Shown here piece by piece: positions 39,240 to 40,475 of a DNA stretch of 40,475 bases. The position numbers were made by a program, and so were the translations under genes. The DNA is taken from IMG/VR virus record IMGVR_UViG_2875713109_000005; one strand, given 5' to 3'. The stretch is from a virus (lineage: Duplodnaviria > Heunggongvirae > Uroviricota > Caudoviricetes). Numbering within the stretch: position 1 is the stretch's first letter; every line of letters begins with the position of its first letter. The notes below the pieces were generated by a model. That model was given only the letters and a program-made list of their open reading frames with translations. It ran no database searches and was not told where the DNA came from.

Positions 39240-40475
39240 ATGTCTAAATTACCAACAGGTGTCGAGATTAGAGGTAGATACATTCGCATCTGGTTCATGT
39301 TTCGAGGAAAACGATGTCGGGAAACATTAAAAGGCTGGGAGATTACAAACAGTAATATTAAAAAGGCCGGAAATTTAAGAGCGCTGATAGTTCATGAAAT
39401 AAACTCCGGTGAATTTGAGTATTTAAGACGTTTTCCCCAGTCCAGCACTGGGGCAAAAATGGTGACAACGAGAGTCATAAAAACGTTCGGAGAGCTTTGT
39501 GATATCTGGACAAAAATTAAAGAGACAGAGTTAACAACAAACACAATGAAGAAAACGAAATCACAATTAAAAACACTCAGAATAATAATTTGTGAAAGTA
39601 CCCCGATATCACATATTCGTTATAGCGATATCTTAAACTACCGGAATGAACTGCTGCATGGAGAAACGCTTTACCTGGATAATCCAAGATCCAACAAAAA
39701 AGGAAGAACCGTGCGCACAGTTGATAACTATATCGCCCTGCTCTGTTCGCTGTTGCGTTTTGCGTATCAGTCGGGATTTATATCAACCAAACCATTTGAA
39801 GGAGTAAAAAAATTACAGCGAAACAGAATAAAGCCTGATCCGTTATCTAAAACAGAATTCAATGCATTAATGGAAAGTGAAAAAGGACAGAGCCAGAACT
39901 TGTGGAAATTTGCCGTTTACTCAGGACTTCGTCACGGGGAACTGGCAGCTCTGGCGTGGGAGGATGTGGATCTCGAAAAGGGAATAGTGAATGTCAGAAG
40001 AAACCTGACGATACTTGATATGTTCGGTCCCCCAAAAACAAATGCCGGGATCCGAACAGTAACACTACTGCAGCCTGCTCTTGAAGCACTGAAGGAGCAA
40101 TACAAACTGACCGGGCATCATCGCAAAAGCGAAATCACCTTTTATCATCGGGAGTACGGCAGAACCGAAAAGCAAAAACTGCATTTTGTTTTCATGCCCA
40201 GGGTGTGTAACGGAAAACAAAAACCTTATTACTCGGTAAGCAGTTTGGGGGCAAGGTGGAATGCAGCAGTAAAACGTGCTGGTATTCGCCGCCGTAATCC
40301 GTACCATACGCGGCATACTTTTGCCTGCTGGCTGTTGACGGCAGGAGCGAACCCGGCATTTATAGCCAGCCAAATGGGGCATGAAACTGCGCAGATGGTG
40401 TATGAAATTTACGGTATGTGGATTGATGACATGAACGACGAACAGATAGCCATGTTGAATGCGCGGTTATCGTAG
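39240..40475 (+). CDS. intR: Tyrosine site-specific integrase, Rac IntR-like
   Basis: 411 aa; C-terminal catalytic region with R...HTRHTF...Y motifs (LRHGELAALAWEDVD, NPYHTRHTFACWLLTAGANP, ...Y). Stop at the window end. Confidence 0.9.
   Translation: MSKLPTGVEIRGRYIRIWFMFRGKRCRETLKGWEITNSNIKKAGNLRALIVHEINSGEFEYLRRFPQSSTGAKMVTTRVIKTFGELCDIWTKIKETELTTNTMKKTKSQLKTLRIIICESTPISHIRYSDILNYRNELLHGETLYLDNPRSNKKGRTVRTVDNYIALLCSLLRFAYQSGFISTKPFEGVKKLQRNRIKPDPLSKTEFNALMESEKGQSQNLWKFAVYSGLRHGELAALAWEDVDLEKGIVNVRRNLTILDMFGPPKTNAGIRTVTLLQPALEALKEQYKLTGHHRKSEITFYHREYGRTEKQKLHFVFMPRVCNGKQKPYYSVSSLGARWNAAVKRAGIRRRNPYHTRHTFACWLLTAGANPAFIASQMGHETAQMVYEIYGMWIDDMNDEQIAMLNARLS

Overview
This window reads as an E. 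coli/Shigella-type Rac-like lambdoid prophage whose Q-to-lysis 'moron' position carries about 24 kb of mosaic cargo. All identifications are by eye and from memory; no database search was run. Right arm (about 28.2-40.5 kb): nin-type genes, a Q-like gene, a YeaR-like gene, a hok-family toxin, a KilA-N gene, a DnaC-like gene, a RacR-like repressor flanked by operator-like repeats, sieB, kilR, ydaE, racC, a recE'-'recT deletion remnant, lar, ydaC, xis and a complete tyrosine integrase. Left arm (about 0.3-4.3 kb): trkG, Rz/Rz1, a SAR endolysin, a dual-start holin, and tRNA-Thr(UGU) plus tRNA-Gly(UCC). Cargo: IS903 and IS1 fragments, an intact sitABCD operon with Fur/MntR-type boxes, a Tn3-family remnant beside an enolase fragment, an AT-rich block of orphan genes including a 500-aa internally duplicated protein, an IS1 remnant, a Tn21-type merR-merT' remnant interrupted by a Tn1/2/3-type transposon with blaTEM-1, and an IS407-group element. 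The most interesting locus is a tightly coupled two-gene operon on the minus strand (23178-25352 and 20572-23175): a coiled-coil McrB/AAA_5-like P-loop NTPase plus an 867-aa partner with a PD-(D/E)xK nuclease motif and zinc-ribbon cysteines. It looks like a McrBC-related, possibly CoCoNuT-like, defence candidate, with its 3' end truncated by IS903. Several N runs are flanked by exact duplications, so parts of the assembly around IS903 and Rz are unreliable.
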